NCBI GenBank assembly: GCA_963841435.1
Contig: CAWJCS010000004.1
Coordinates: 832,001 to 896,000, forward strand
Source: an uncultured delta proteobacterium
Lineage (GTDB): Bacteria; Myxococcota_A; Polyangia; Polyangiales; Polyangiaceae
Reading direction: 5' to 3'
DNA: 64,000 nt
How positions within the stretch are numbered: position 1 is the first letter of the stretch; the number at the start of each line of letters is the position of its first letter. The notes under the pieces were generated by a model. The model made no database searches, was not told the origin of the DNA, and saw only the letters and a program-made list of their open reading frames with translations. The position numbers and the translations under genes are program-made. Positions 47,742 to 62,040 of the stretch are shown here, piece after piece.

Positions 47742-48513
47742 TCGATCTCGACGCCTTCGTCGGCCTGGCGGCGGCGATGGCCGACGCCGTTCGCCCGGTG
47801 GTCCTCGAGGCGTTCCCGACCCGGTCGCCTTTCAGAGGAAGGCCGACGACACCCCGGTGACCGCCGCCGATCGGGCGGCGGAGGCGACGATGCGGCGGAT
47901 GATCGAGACCGCCTGGCCGGAGCACGGCATCCTCGGCGAGGAATACGGCGCCGCCCGCAGCGAAGCGCCGTTCGTCTGGGTGCTCGATCCGATCGACGGC
48001 ACCAAGTCGTTCGTCACCGGCAAGCCGCTGTTCGGCACGCTTGATCGCGCTGACCCGGAACGGCGAGCCGATCCTGGGCGTCATCGACATGCCGGCTCTC
48101 GACGAGCGCTGGATCGGCGCCGCCGGCCGTCCGACAATGCGCAACGGCCGGGCAGGTCAAGGGGCGCGCCTGCGCGTCCCTGGCCGATGCCTGGCTCTTC
48201 GCAACGTCACCGCAGATGTTCGAGGGAGACGATGTCGCCGCCTTCGAGCGCCTGCGCGCACGCTGCTACGCCGCCGTGTGGGGCGCCGATCTCTACGCCT
48301 ACGGGCTGCTCGCCAGGGGTCGCGTCGATCTCGTCTGCGAGGCGTCGCTGCAGCCCTACGACTACTGCGCCGTCGTCCCGGTCGTCGCCGGGGCCGGCGG
48401 GATCATCACCGATTGGCACGGCCGGCCGCTCGCACATCCGCTCCGATGGCCGGGTGCTCGCCGCCGGCGATCCGCAGGCGCATCAGGCGGCGCTCGCCGC
48501 CCTCGCCGGGTGA
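47738..48513 (+). CDS. hisN: Histidinol-phosphatase, inositol monophosphatase family (frameshifted)
   Basis: [33 protein letters not shown]. Confidence 0.8.
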
Positions 48514-50460
48514 CCGGTATCGGACGGCGACCGCACCGGCTCCGGATTGCTGTTGCTGGCGCTGGTGCCGGTGCTCGCCCTTTGCGCGGCATACCGGCGC
48601 CGGCGAGCGCGGCGGCGGCCAGGACCGGCGGCGGGGAGAAGACCCAGCCGATCCACTCCGGGTCACGCCATCGCCATGTTCGGCGAGCCGAAATACGGCC
48701 CGACTTCCGCCATTTCGACTACGTCAATCCGGACGCCCCGAAGGGGGGGCTGATGCGCCTCGGCGTCGCCGGCACCTTCGATTCGTTCAACCCCTACATC
48801 GTCCGCGGCAATCCCGCCGCCGGCATCGATGCGGAGAGCCTCACCGTCGCCAGCCAGGACGAGCCGTTCACCCAGTACGGGCTGATCGCCGAACGAATCG
48901 AATGGCCCGAGGACAGGTCCTGGGTCGCCTTCACCCTGCGGCCCGAGGCGCGCTGGCACGATGGCCAGCCGATCACCGTCGATGACGTGATCTTCTCGCT
49001 CGACACCCTGAAGAGCAAGGGCCAGCCCTTCTACCGGTTCTATTACCGGAGCATCGTCCGGGCCGAGAAGGTGGGCGAACGCACCGTCAGGTTCGTCTTC
49101 AGCGAGGCCGGCAATCGCGAATTGCCGCTGATCGCCGGCCAGATCCCGATCCTGCCGAAGCATTACTGGGAAGACCCGCGACTTCGAGCGCTCGACCCTG
49201 GAGCCGCCGCTCGGCAGCGGCCCCTACCGGATATCGACCTTCGAGGCCGGCCGCTACGTCGTCGTCGAGCGCGTCGACGACTACTGGGGCAAGGATCTTC
49301 CGGTCAACATCGGCCAGAACAACTTCGACCGGATGCGCTTCGAGTATTTCCGCGACGAGACGGTGTTGCGGCAGGCCCTCAAGGCCGGCGTCCTCGACTT
49401 CCGCATCGAGAACCAGGCGAAGGCCTGGGCCCTCGACTACGATATCCCGGCGGTGCGCGACGGCTGGCTGAAGAAGGTCGCGTTCCCGCACAAGCGGCCG
49501 GCCGGGACTGCAGGCGTTCGTTTACAATACCCGCCGGCCGGTGTTTGCCGACGCGCGCGTCCGCGAGGCGCTGGGATATGCCTTCGATTTCGAGTGGACC
49601 AACCGCATCCTGTTCTTCGGCCAGTACACGCGGGCGACCAGCTATTTCAATAACTCGGAACTCGCCGCCGAGCGGCCCGCCGAGCGAGGCCGAGCGCGCC
49701 ATTCTCGAACCGTTTCGAGGGCAGGTGCCGGACCGGGTGTTCGGCCCGGCCTACCGGCCGCCGACGACCGACGGCTCCGGCTGGCCGCGCGCCAATCTCG
49801 AGCACGCGTTTCAGCTGCTGCGCGAGGCCGGCTGGGTGGTGCGCGACATGAAGCTCGTCAACGAGACGACGCGGCGAGCCGATGGCCTTCGAGATCCTCA
49901 TCGACACCCCGACCTTCGAGCGCATCATGCTTCCCTTCGTCCGCAACCTGAAGCGGCTCGGCATCGATGCGCGCATCCGTCTCGTCGACGATTCGCAATA
50001 CATCAACCGGCTGCGTTCGTTCGATTTCGACATGGCGATGCTGGTCTGGGGACAGTCGGAATCGCCCGGCAACGAGCAACGTGACTTCTGGAGTTCGGCC
50101 GCGGCCGATCAGGAGGGCAGCCGCAACTATGCCGGCATCAAGGATCCCGTCGTCGACAAGCTGATCGAAATGTTGATCACCGCGCCCGACCGCGAGGGCC
50201 TCGTCGCCCGCAGCCGCGCCCTCGACCGGGTCCTGACCTGGGGCTTCTACGTCATCCCCGCCTGGTACTCGAACATGGACCGCGTGCTCTATTGGGACAA
50301 GTATGATTACCCCGCCGTCTCCCCCGACCGCGGCGTCATCGTCGGCACCTGGTGGTTCGATGCGGAAAAGGCGGCGCAGGCTCGCCGCCCGCGTGGCGCG
50401 AACAGCCGGGCGCCGAGCGTCCCGGAATGCGGTCGATGCCGCAAGTCGGAGAGCGATGAT
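48510..50460 (+). CDS. yejA: YejA-like peptide ABC transporter substrate-binding protein (frameshifted)
   Basis: [38 protein letters not shown]. Confidence 0.87.
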
Positions 50461-51580
50461 GGGCGCCTACATCGTCCGCCGCCTGCTCCTGATCGTGCCG
50501 ACGCTGCTGGCGATCATGCTGATCAATTTCCTGATCATCCAGACCGCCCCCGGCGGCCCGGTCGAGCAGATGATCGCCCGGGTGACCGGCGAAGGGCCAG
50601 GCGATGACCGAGCGGGTGAGCCGCGGCGGCGGCGGCGAGACGGTCGCCGGGCAGGCGGCGGCTCCCGGCAGTCAGGCGGCGCGGCAGTCGACCGGCCGCT
50701 ACCGCGGCGCCCAGGGCCTCGATCCCGAGTTCATCAAGGAGCTCGAGAAGCAGTTCGGCTTCGACAAGCCGCTGTGGGAGCGGTTCGTCACCATGATCGG
50801 CAAGTACATCGTCTTCGACTTCGGCGAGAGCTACTTCCGCAACCGGCCGGTCGTCGACCTGGTTCTGGAGAAGATGCCGGTTTCGATCTCGCTCGGCCTG
50901 TGGACGACGCTGATCACCTACCTGATCTCGATCCCGCTCGGCGTGGCGAAGGCGGTGCGCGACGGCTCGCGCTTCGATGTCTGGACCTCCGTCGTCATCG
51001 TCGTCGGCAACGCCGTCCCCGCCTTCCTCTTCGCCGTGCTGCTGCTCGTCCTCTTCGCCGGCGGCAGCTACGTGCAGTGGTTTCCCCTGCGCGGCCTCGT
51101 CTCGGAGAACTGGGCGGACCTCTCGTGGCCGGCAGCGCATCCTCGATTATTTCTGGCATCTGGTGCTGCCGGTGACGGCGATGGTGATCGGCGGCTTCGC
51201 CACGCTGACGATGCTGACGAAGAACTCGTTTCTCGATCAGATCAATCAGCAGTACGTGCTGACCGCCCGCGCCAAGGGCCTGTCCGAGCGCCGCGTGCTC
51301 TACGGCCACGTCTTCCGCAACGCCATGCTGATCGTCATCGCCGGATTTCCCGGCGCGCTGGTCAGCATCCTGTTCACCGGCACCGTCTTCATCGAGATCA
51401 TCTTCTCGCTCGACGGGCTCGGTCTGCTCGGACTTCGAGGCGGCGTTCGCCCGCGACTATCCGCTGATGTTCGGTACCCTCTATTTCTTTTCGCTGGTCG
51501 GCCTCGTCCTCAACCTCGTCGGCGACGTGATGTACACGATCGTCGATCCGCGCATCGATTTCGAAGCGAGGCGGATGTGA
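50459..51580 (+). CDS. yejB: YejB-like ABC permease (frameshifted)
   Basis: [39 protein letters not shown]. Confidence 0.9.
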
Positions 51581-51617
51581 GTCCGGCGTCTCCCGTACCG
51601 CCGACCGCATCCTCGGG

Positions 51618-52716
51618 ATGGCCATCACGCCGCTCACCCGGCGGCGGATCGACAACTTCAAGGGGAACCGGCGCGGCGTCTGGTCGCTCTGGATCTTCCT
51701 CGCGCTGTTCGTCGTCTCGCTGTTTGCCGAGTTCATCGCCAACGACCGGCCGATCGTCGTCTCTTACGATGGCGCCTTCTATTTCCCGATCCTCGACGCG
51801 CTATCCGGAGACGACCTTCGGCGGGACGTTCGCCACCGAGACCGACTACAGCGATCCGGAGGTGCGGCGGCTGATCGACGCCCGCGGCTGGATGCTCCTG
51901 CCGCCGATCCCCTACGACTACCGGACCGTAGCCTGGGACCTGCCGGTCCCGGCGCCCTCGCCGCCCGACGCCGTGCACTGGCTCGGCACCGACGATCAGG
52001 CCCGCGACGTGCTCGCCCGGACCATCTACGGCTTCCGCCTGTCGGTCCTGTTCGGCTTCACCCTGACCATCGTCTCCGCCGTCATCGGCGTCGCCGCCGG
52101 CGCGGTCCAGGGCTATTTCGGCGGCTGGATCGATCTCGCCTTTCAGCGGTTCATGGAGGTGTGGTCGTCGGTGCCGACGCTCTACGTGCTGATCATCCTC
52201 GCCAGCATCATCGAGCCGACGTTCTGGTGGCTCCTGATCATCCTTCTCTTGTTCCAGTGGATGGGCTTCGTCGGCGTCGTCCGCGCCGAGTTCCTGCGCG
52301 CCCGCAACTTCGACTACGTCCGTGCCGCCCGCGCGCTCGGCGCGTCCGATGCGACGATCATCGTCCGCCATGTCCTTCCCAACGCGACGGTGGCGACGAT
52401 GACCTTCCTGCCGTTCATCCTCGCCGGCTCGGTGACCGCGCTCACCGGGCTCGATTTCCTCGGCATCGGCCTGCCGCCCGGCTCGCCCTCGCTCGGCGAA
52501 ATCCTGGCCCAGGGCAAGGCCAACCTGCAGGCGCCGTGGCTCGGCATCACCGGCTTCGTCGTCATCGCGCTGATGCTGTCGCTGTTGATCTTCATCGGCG
52601 AGGCGGTGCGCGACGCCTTCGATCCGCGGAAGGCGCTGGGCGCGGCGCCGCCGACCCCCGGATTCGCCTCCGGCGCGCCCCAGCCGACGCGGCCGCTGGC
52701 CAGGCCGGCGGAGTAG
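51618..52716 (+). CDS. yejE: YejE-like ABC permease (frameshifted)
   Basis: [40 protein letters not shown]. Confidence 0.9.
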
Positions 52717-52772
52717 GGTGCAGATGCGAACGGACAAGAGCGGTCGGGAGCATAGCGGCGGGGACGGGTGCG

Positions 52773-54442
<1,670 letters not shown>

Positions 54443-54480
54443 TCAGCGAGTCGCGCGACGAAGCAAAGGACGCAGGGACC

Positions 54481-55164
54481 ATGGCCGACGATGCACTCAC
54501 GATCGCTTTCGATGTCTACGGAACGCTGGTCGATCCGGCCGGGATGGCGGAGCACCTGCGCGCCGACGTGGGCGACGATGCGGTGGCCTTCGCTACGCTG
54601 TGGCGGGAGAAGCAGCTCGAATACTCCTTCCGGCGCGGGCTGATGCAGCACTATGCGACGTTCTTCGTCTGCATCGCCGAAGCGCTCGAGTTTTGCGCCG
54701 AGCGCTTCCGGGTGGGCATGTCGCCGCAGCGGCGGGCGGAACTGATGGAGGCCTACGAGTGGCTGCCGGCGTTCGCCGATGCGGAGCGAGGGCTGAGCCG
54801 ATTGCGCGCCGCCGGCCACCGGCTGTTCGCATTCTCCAACGGGACCGCCGGCCATGTGGATACGGTTCTGAACTATTCCGGTCTGCGCGGTTTGCTCGAA
54901 GGCGTGATCAGCGTCGACGATCTGAAGACATTCAAGCCGGCTCCCGCCGTCTACGCCCACGTGCGGCGTGCGACCGGGGCCTGGTCGCAGCCTTGCTGGC
55001 TCGTCTCCGGCAATGCCTTCGATGTCATCGGTGCCCGCGCCGCCGGTCTGGATGCGGCCTGGGTGCGGCGGTCGGACGCGCACCTCTTCGACCCCTGGGG
55101 GATCGAGCCGACGCTGACCGTCTCCGGCCTCGATGATCTCGCCGACGGCTGGCGCCCGGCGTGA
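54481..55164 (+). CDS. Haloacid dehalogenase type II
   Basis: AFDVYGTLVD; WREKQLEYSF; FSNG; FKPAP; VSGNAFDV. Confidence 0.9.
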   Translation: MADDALTIAFDVYGTLVDPAGMAEHLRADVGDDAVAFATLWREKQLEYSFRRGLMQHYATFFVCIAEALEFCAERFRVGMSPQRRAELMEAYEWLPAFADAERGLSRLRAAGHRLFAFSNGTAGHVDTVLNYSGLRGLLEGVISVDDLKTFKPAPAVYAHVRRATGAWSQPCWLVSGNAFDVIGARAAGLDAAWVRRSDAHLFDPWGIEPTLTVSGLDDLADGWRPA

Positions 55165-55171
55165 ACCGATC

Positions 55172-58100
55172 CTAGAACTCGATATCGACGCGCGGCGGCC
55201 CGGTGTCGTCGGCTGCGTAGACCGCCGGCAGTCGAGGACCTGGTCGCCGCGGACGCCGTAGCTTGTCGATCAGCGCCCGCCGGACGGCGAGCGTCCTCGC
55301 CTCGGCGAGGCCGCGCAAGGCGCCTTCCGCCGCTGCCGGATCGGCCGCCGTCGCGGCGGTGCGATCGGCGCCCGTCGCCCGGCCGCAGACCTTGACGCGG
55401 ACCTTGTCGTGCTCGCCGAGAACCCCCGCCAGGCGCTCGAGGGCGGCGTTGGCCTGAGCGTCGAGGGTGGCCTCGCCCGCCGTGAACGGGATCGGCGGCA
55501 GCTGCGGCGTGCCCGCGTCCGGCGACGCCGGCGATGACGGTGACCGGCAGCAGGGCGAGGCGGAAGGGGGCCAGCACCGCCCCCTTCAGCACGTTGGTGA
55601 CGGCCTGGCCGATGGCGTCGCCGAAGTCGAACGACGGCGCGGTGAGATCGCCCGAGAGCGGGATATCGAGTTTGATCCGTCCTTCGTCGTCCTGAATCAG
55701 CCCGATCGCCGCCCCGACCGGCAGGCCGATGGTCTGTTCGACCTTGGAGGCCTCCTCGGCAGACGCCGATTGCACGGCAAGATCGCCGACGTTGAGCCTG
55801 AGCACGCCCGCGAGCTTGCCGGCGTCGGCCGTCGCGTCGGCATCGACCTTGAGGCTGCCGCTCTCGAAGTTGAGCCCGGCGGCGCGCAGCGTGTACGGCG
55901 ACAGCGGCGGCAACTGCAACTGCTGAACCCGAACGGCCAGGGCGAAATCGGGCTTTTTGGCGATGGGTGAGGCCCAGCCCTGGATTTCGATCGGTGTGAA
56001 CTCGTTCAGCGTCGCGCGAAGGTAGAGATCGGTGCGCCCGTCCGGCTTGGTCGTATCGAGTGTGCCGAGATCAAGCGCCTTGACCTGCAGCTTGAAGCGT
56101 TCCGGCGGTTTGATCGAGGTATCGAGGAAAGTCGATGGTGGCGCCGTTGACGACGCGGACTTCCTCGATCCGCACCGGCTTTGTCTCGGCGGTCTTTTCC
56201 ACTTTCGCTGCCACCTCTTTCGCCGCCGGATTGCCGCCGAGCTCCGAAATCCACGCCGTCGAGATCGCCGCGTCCACGTTGTCGAGGGTGAGCGCGCCTA
56301 AGTTGATGGCGCCGCGATCGTTGGTGGAGAAGCCTTCGGTCTCGACGCGGGCGGCCTTGAAGCGGGGGATCGGCGCCTGACCGCCGGCGCGGAGGTCCGA
56401 CAGCGCGGCGTCGATGGCGACGCGCCAGCTCTCCGGCTTCGGCTTGCCCTGCTGCAACTCGCGCAGCTTGATCTGCGCCGCACCGAGATCGATGGCGCCC
56501 CCCGCCATCGTATCCAGCGCCGGCGACCGTATCGCCAGCCGATCGGCGGCGAGGTGAGGTCGCCGTCGAGGTCGAGGCCGGCGCCGCCGGTGCGCACACC
56601 GACGGATGGCGCATCGATGCGCACCGCGTCGGCGCCGGCGGTGCTGCCGGTCGGCTTGCCGCTTGGTCCGGGCAGAACCGCGCGCCAGCCCGCGTTCGGC
56701 TGCTTGATCTCCGCCTTCAGCCGGCCTTTTAGCTGCATCGCCTCCGGCTTGATCGACCCGTCCAGCTCGGAGACCTGGAACGTCAGGCCCGTCGCGTGCA
56801 CCGTCGGCTGCACGGGGACCGCCGGCAGGCCAGATCGATGCTTTCGGCGGTGAGGTTGGCGGCGCCGGAAACGCTCGTCGCCGATGGTGCGGCGGTGAGA
56901 CCGAGATCATTGACATCGAGTGCGATCGCTTCCGCCGCGAGATTGGCCGCATCCCCGGAGCCGGTTTTGCCCCCCGGTTGAGCGGAGGGAGCGTGTTGGG
57001 TTGCCTTTGCCGCCGAAGCGGACGCCGACAGCGACGTCTTCACTTGCGTCGAATTTGGGCCGATGCGCAGCGATAGATCGTGGATATCGACGCCGGGGCT
57101 GGTCAGGTTCACCTCGGCCGGCTGGGGTCCAGTCTGCGCGAGGCTGAGCGTGTCGGCGGTAAATTTGGCCTGCGCGGTGATCGTGTTGGCATCGCCGTCT
57201 CCTTCGACGCCGACGCGGGCGAGATCGAGCTTGGTCCCGTTCAGCTCGATCGTCTGCGCCGCCGCCTGCTCGCCGCCGGCGGCCAGCGTCACGGCCAGCA
57301 TCGGGCTGGTGAGCGTTGACGCGGCCGCCCACCTTGAGCCGCTTATCCTCCTTCTCGATGCTGAGTTCGCCGATCTCCGTGTCGATCCCGGATGAGCGGA
57401 AGGACGTGGCACCGCCGTCCCGCCGCCGGGCGGTGCCGCCTTAGATCTCCGTTCCCTTCAGGGTTCCCGCGGTGTTCAGCGACAGCGCTCCCTTCGGCGA
57501 CGATCGTCAGATCGACCGGCGTCAAGCGCGAGGTTCAGCTCGCCGCCGAGGCGACGGCCGGACCGCTCAGTGCCGCATCGGCGACATCGAGCGCGGTTTG
57601 GCCTGCAAGGCGAGGCTGTCGTCGGTCCCGATGTCCAGCTTGAGATCGGTCGGCGACAGGACCGCCCGGCCGAACGTCAACCGCCAGCCCGTCCGGCAGC
57701 TCGATCTTGCCGGTTGCCGCCTGGAAGCCGAGGGACCCGGCGGTGCCGGCCTCGCCCGCCGGCGAAATGCGGGTGCGCAGGGAATAATTACCGGACGCCC
57801 GCTGCATCGCCAGGTGCCCCATCTCGGCGCGGGCCACGTCGACGTCGGCGACGGACAGGTCACCCGTAACCGAGAAATCGGCGCCCGTCTTGGGCTCATG
57901 GGTCAGTTCGCCGGCGCCGCTCACGTTCAGTCGTCCGGCGCTCGGCTTCAGACCCAGATCGCCGGTGAAACGCTCGATCTTCGCCCATTCCACGTCTTTG
58001 AGGCGAAAACGCCAGACGCACGTGCGTCTCCTCGGCGAACGGCCACGCTTCGCCTTCGATTTGCAGAGGAATTTCGTTCAGGCTGCCGTCGACGGCGAAC

Positions 58101-58700
58101 GTTCCCGGCTTGTCCGGCTGCCACGTTCGAAAACCGATCAGATCGAGCCGGTTGATCGCCAGTCGCGCCTCGCCGCGATCGGGAATGGCGTAGACGACCT
58201 GCGAGTTGCGAAGCTCGAACAAGTCCAGCCCCGCTCCCCAGCCGCTCTCCTCCTTCTGCTTGTTCGCCGCTGCTTCCTCCGGCGGCGGAAGCAGCTTCTT
58301 CAGGGGCACGCCGTTAATGGTGATCTTGTGCTCCGCATCCTCGGCGACCCGTCAACTGCAATCCCTCGATGACGAGCGTCGTCAGAAGCGCGTGGCGCTG
58401 GAAGATCGGAGGCAGCGAGAACTGGAGGGCCATACTGGTGATTTGTCCCGGATCGGCGTCGCCGAGACTGAACCGCGCCGGCCCGAAGGTGATGCGGCCC
58501 TTCCAGAGCTCGACGTCGAGGGTCCGCGTGCCCTGGACATCGATGCCGAGACCTTCGACATAATGAGCGAGCACGAGGCGGCCGACGTAGCGGGGAGCGA
58601 CGACGAGGATAGCGGCAAGGACCAGGACGATCGCGCCGACGATCAGGAGGATGCGGCGGAGTCTATGTTTTTCTGCGATCGCTGGACGTGGTCCTGGGTT
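55172..58700 (-). CDS. Large DUF748/AsmA-like protein (many frameshifts; start approximate)
   Basis: N-terminal TM ILLIVGAIVLVLAAILV; long beta-rich body; QLPPLSPY; LIQDDEGRIKLDIPLSGDL; OmpA-like C-terminus. Confidence 0.7.
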
Positions 58701-60072
58701 GCGTTTCGCCCGCCACCGTTCCTCCTCTCCCTGTCCCCGCCTGCCGGCTCGCTCGGCGGCGCCGACACCGCCAGCTCCTTTAACGTGAGGCCGTCGAGCG
58801 CGCTCGCCACGGCATCTTCGATCCGCTGCTGGCACATCCCGACGCTGGGCACCTCCGTCTCCGCGGTTTCACCCCCGTGCACCCCGGCCCGCATGGCATC
58901 CCACACCGCCGTGACCGAAGTCTGCTCGAGAGGCTTCGTCGCCACCAGGCGGGGCGGATGGTCGGCCGTGCGGGCGACAAGGCCGGAGCTTTCCAGCCGT
59001 TCTAACGTGGTGCAGACCGCATCGTGCGTAAAGCCAATTCGATTGACCAGCGTTTCGACGGCGAGCGGCGGCTCGCCCTTGTATTGAGCCGCGCCGATGG
59101 CCTGCATGACCGACAACGCGATCTTCTCCTGCACCCGGCCGCTGACGTGGCGCGCCCGGCTCACCAGGGTCGCCCGCGGGTACTGGACGTAGAAGGCGAC
59201 GGCACACCCGGCGAGCAGGATCAGCCAGTTCACGTTGAGCCAGATCAACAGCAGGATCAGGGCGGCGAACGCCGAGTAGATGGCGGTGTAGCTCGTCGAG
59301 CCGGCGACGAAGCGGGAAAAGAACCAGGCGGCGAGCGCCCAGGCGGCGCCGGCGACGATGCCGCCGGCAAGCGCGGCGGTGAAGTGGACGCGGGTGTTCG
59401 GGATGAGCCAGTAGAGGAGGACGGAGCCGAACATGACGACGACGATCGGCAGCAGCTCGGTGAGTATTGCTGGATCAGCTGGCCCACGGGGCCGATGGTC
59501 GTCATTTCCGAAACGAAGGCCGAACTCATGATCGAGCCGGTGAGGGCGAGATGCGGTGAACAGGAGGATCGGTCCGACGACGATGATGGTGAGATAGCGG
59601 GTGAACGACTGGGTGATCGAGCGCCCCTCGCTGACGTGCCAGATCGTATTCGCCGCGTCCTCCAGCTTCCGGCCCATCGAAATCGAGGTGTACAGCAAGA
59701 AGACGACACCGATGGCGCCGAGCACGCCGACATTGACGTTTTCGACGAACGATATGATGCGATCGGTGATCTCGCCCGCCTTCGGCCCGATCGGCGCCAG
59801 CGCCTGTTTCAGCAAGGGGGCGAGCTGGTTGTGGCCGCCGAGACCCTTCAGCACCGAAAAGGCCAGCGCCAGCAGCGGCACCACCGACAGCAGCGTCGTA
59901 TAGACGAGACTGGACGCATGCAGCGGCAACAGTCCCTGGACGATGTCGCGGGCGACCGCATAGCCGATGAAATAGACATGGCGGAGGTGGCGGCGCCACA
60001 CACCTTCCCCGTAGAGGAAGGACGGGGTGTATTTGTTCGGCTATGGGCGGGCCGCCCGCTGTCTTTCGGCAT
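58643..60072 (-). CDS. YihY/BrkB family membrane protein with C-terminal HTH-like extension
   Basis: ASSLVYTTLLSVVPLLA; NTIWHV; LYWLIPNTRV; YTAIYSAFAAL. Confidence 0.88.
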
Positions 60073-60111
60073 GAGGGGCACAACGCAGCCAAAACCGCGC
60101 AAAGTGCCAGA

Positions 60112-60926
60112 CTAATGCGATCCGCGGCTCAACAAAATGCCGACCATGATCACGCCGATGACGATGCGGTAGTAGGCGAAGGGGGCGAAGCCGTTGCGCG
60201 AGACGAAGCGGATGAGGGTGCGGACGACGACGAGGGCGGCGAGGAACGCAGCAATGAAGCCGGTGGCGATCAAGGTGCTCGTCGTCGAAGCTGAGAAACG
60301 CCCAGTTCTTGTAGAGATCGTACACCGTCGCCGCCAGCATCGTCGGGATGGCGAGAAAGAAGGAGAACTCGGTCGCCGCCTCGCGACCGACGCCCAACAG
60401 CATCGCTCCCATGATCGTCGCGCCGGAGCGGGAGACGCCGGGGATCATGGCGACGCACTGGCAAAGCCCGATCTTCAGCGCCAGTCCCGGCGTCACCTGA
60501 TCGATATGCGCCACCGTCGGCTGCCGCCGGAAGCGCTCGATCAGGAGAATGGCGATGCCGCCGAGGACGAGCATGGTCGATACCACCCAGGGGGTGAACA
60601 GCACGCCCTTGATGAAATCGTGGGCCAGCGCACCGATCACCATCGCCGGCAGAAATGCCCAAGAGGATGTTGGTCGCGAACCGCTGCGCCGCGTGATCGG
60701 TAAAAAGGCCGAGCGCCACATGCGTCAGCCGCCGCCAATAAAGGACGCAGACGGCGAGGATCGCGCCCGAGCTGGATCGAAATCTCGAAGACCTTGCCCG
60801 GCGGCCCGTGGAACCCGAGGAGTCGACGAGAAGGATCAGATGACCGGTCGACGAGACCGGAATGAACTCGGTCAGCCCTTCGACCAGACCGAGGAGAGCG
60901 GCGAAGACATACGACGTATGGTCCAC
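60112..60926 (-). CDS. uppP: Undecaprenyl-diphosphate phosphatase (frameshifted)
   Basis: LGLVEGLTEFIPVSSTGHL; PGVSRSGATI; EFSFFLAIP. Confidence 0.95.
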
Positions 60927-61154
60927 GGGCGGCGATCCCGGCGGTAGAGGAGGGCGAGGAAACATCCCCGAACGGGGCGGCAAGGATGTAGCGCGTCAAC
61001 GCCGCGTTGTCCAATCAAGACGGCGTCGAGGCGAGGCGGCGGCGTACGCGGGGCGGTTGCCCGATAGATCCCAATGGCCCACTGCTCTCAAAGGTGATAC
61101 GGGAGTGGCTGCAGAGAAGCGTTAGCGTTCTGGAAGTACCACGGCGTTTGATAC

Positions 61155-61358
61155 TTAGTTGTCCTGCCCTTCGCCGATGCGCGGTGGGCCCGGCCGACGC
61201 TGGGCTATTTCCACCAGCGTTTCTATCCGGATCAGCCGGCCTTCGTGATCGATCACGCGCTTGCTCACGTCCTGCAGGCCGTCCGCCAGTTGCTGAAGCT
61301 TGCTCTCCATCAGTATCACCTGGCGGATGCTCTTGAGCAGGCTGTCGATCGTGCTCAT
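61155..61358 (-). CDS. Small coiled-coil hypothetical protein (in frame with upstream RHH ORF as assembled)
   Basis: MSTIDSLLKSIRQVILMESKLQQLADGLQDVSKRVIDHEGRLIRIETLVEIA; starts at an ATGA. Confidence 0.6.
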   Translation of the reverse strand: MSTIDSLLKSIRQVILMESKLQQLADGLQDVSKRVIDHEGRLIRIETLVEIAQRRPGPPRIGEGQDN

Positions 61359-61637
61359 CCGAAGCGCCCGTGAGCGGCCCAGGTCGATCTCCTCAAAGTA
61401 ATGCCGCATGGCTTGCAGCTCGGCGAGGGCGGCATCCACTTTTGCTTCGGTCTGTTCGACCACGGCGGCCAGTTCCTCGGCGAGAAGTCGCAAGGTCCCG
61501 TCATTGCGATCGGGATCGTAAGCTTCGACCGCCCTGCGCACCAACTCGCTAGAGGTGATCCCCAGTGCCTTGGCCTGCGCCTCGATTGACGCCTTCGCCT
61601 CGGGCGTGAGCAGGATGGTCAGGCGTGCGGACCGCAT
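61355..61637 (-). CDS. CopG-like ribbon-helix-helix protein
   Basis: RLTILLTPEAKASIEAQAKALGITSSELVRRAV: beta-strand then two helices with G-x-(S/T)-x-S-E-L-V-R. Confidence 0.75.
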
Positions 61638-61668
61638 CGGGGGGTGTTCCGACCGGACATTGCGGATG

Positions 61669-61708
61669 TTATCATGTGCATGATAATGGCGGCGGCGATC
61701 TCAGGCAA
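61669..61708 (-). promoter_or_regulatory. Promoter with palindromic operator over -10, upstream of RHH gene
   Basis: Minus strand TTGCCT-N17-TATCAT; perfect inverted repeat TTATCATG-tg-CATGATAA at 61669-61686. Confidence 0.7.
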
Positions 61709-62040
61709 TCGGATTACGGGCATAGCGCGGCCACACCGGCGGCCAAAGAAAACCTTGCGGGCATCGGACAAGTTTGTAATCTGCGAGGCCGGCCCATGTC
61801 CAGCGCGCGTATTCAGTGCATATGCGTGCGTCCGATGGGCACCTGCCGATCTGCCGATCGGGCCGAACGGATCGCGGCACCTCAAACGTCGGGGGCGAGG
61901 CGCATGTCGGGAAGCGGAAGTGCGGCGACAACGACGCCGAACCGCGGGCAACGCGGAGGCGACCGGGACATTTGGACCGGAGCCGGGTCTTCTCAGGGCT
62001 GACGACGGACGAGCGGCGATCATAGACGAGGATGCGCCTT

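Noticed and set aside
47534-47860. Cytochrome c-HisN fusion
   Set aside because: One indel restores a GTGA stop/start overlap at 47738-47741; consistent with the error rate
61710-62040. Riboswitch in the long gltB leader
   Set aside because: No recognisable aptamer consensus by eye; an Rfam scan would be needed
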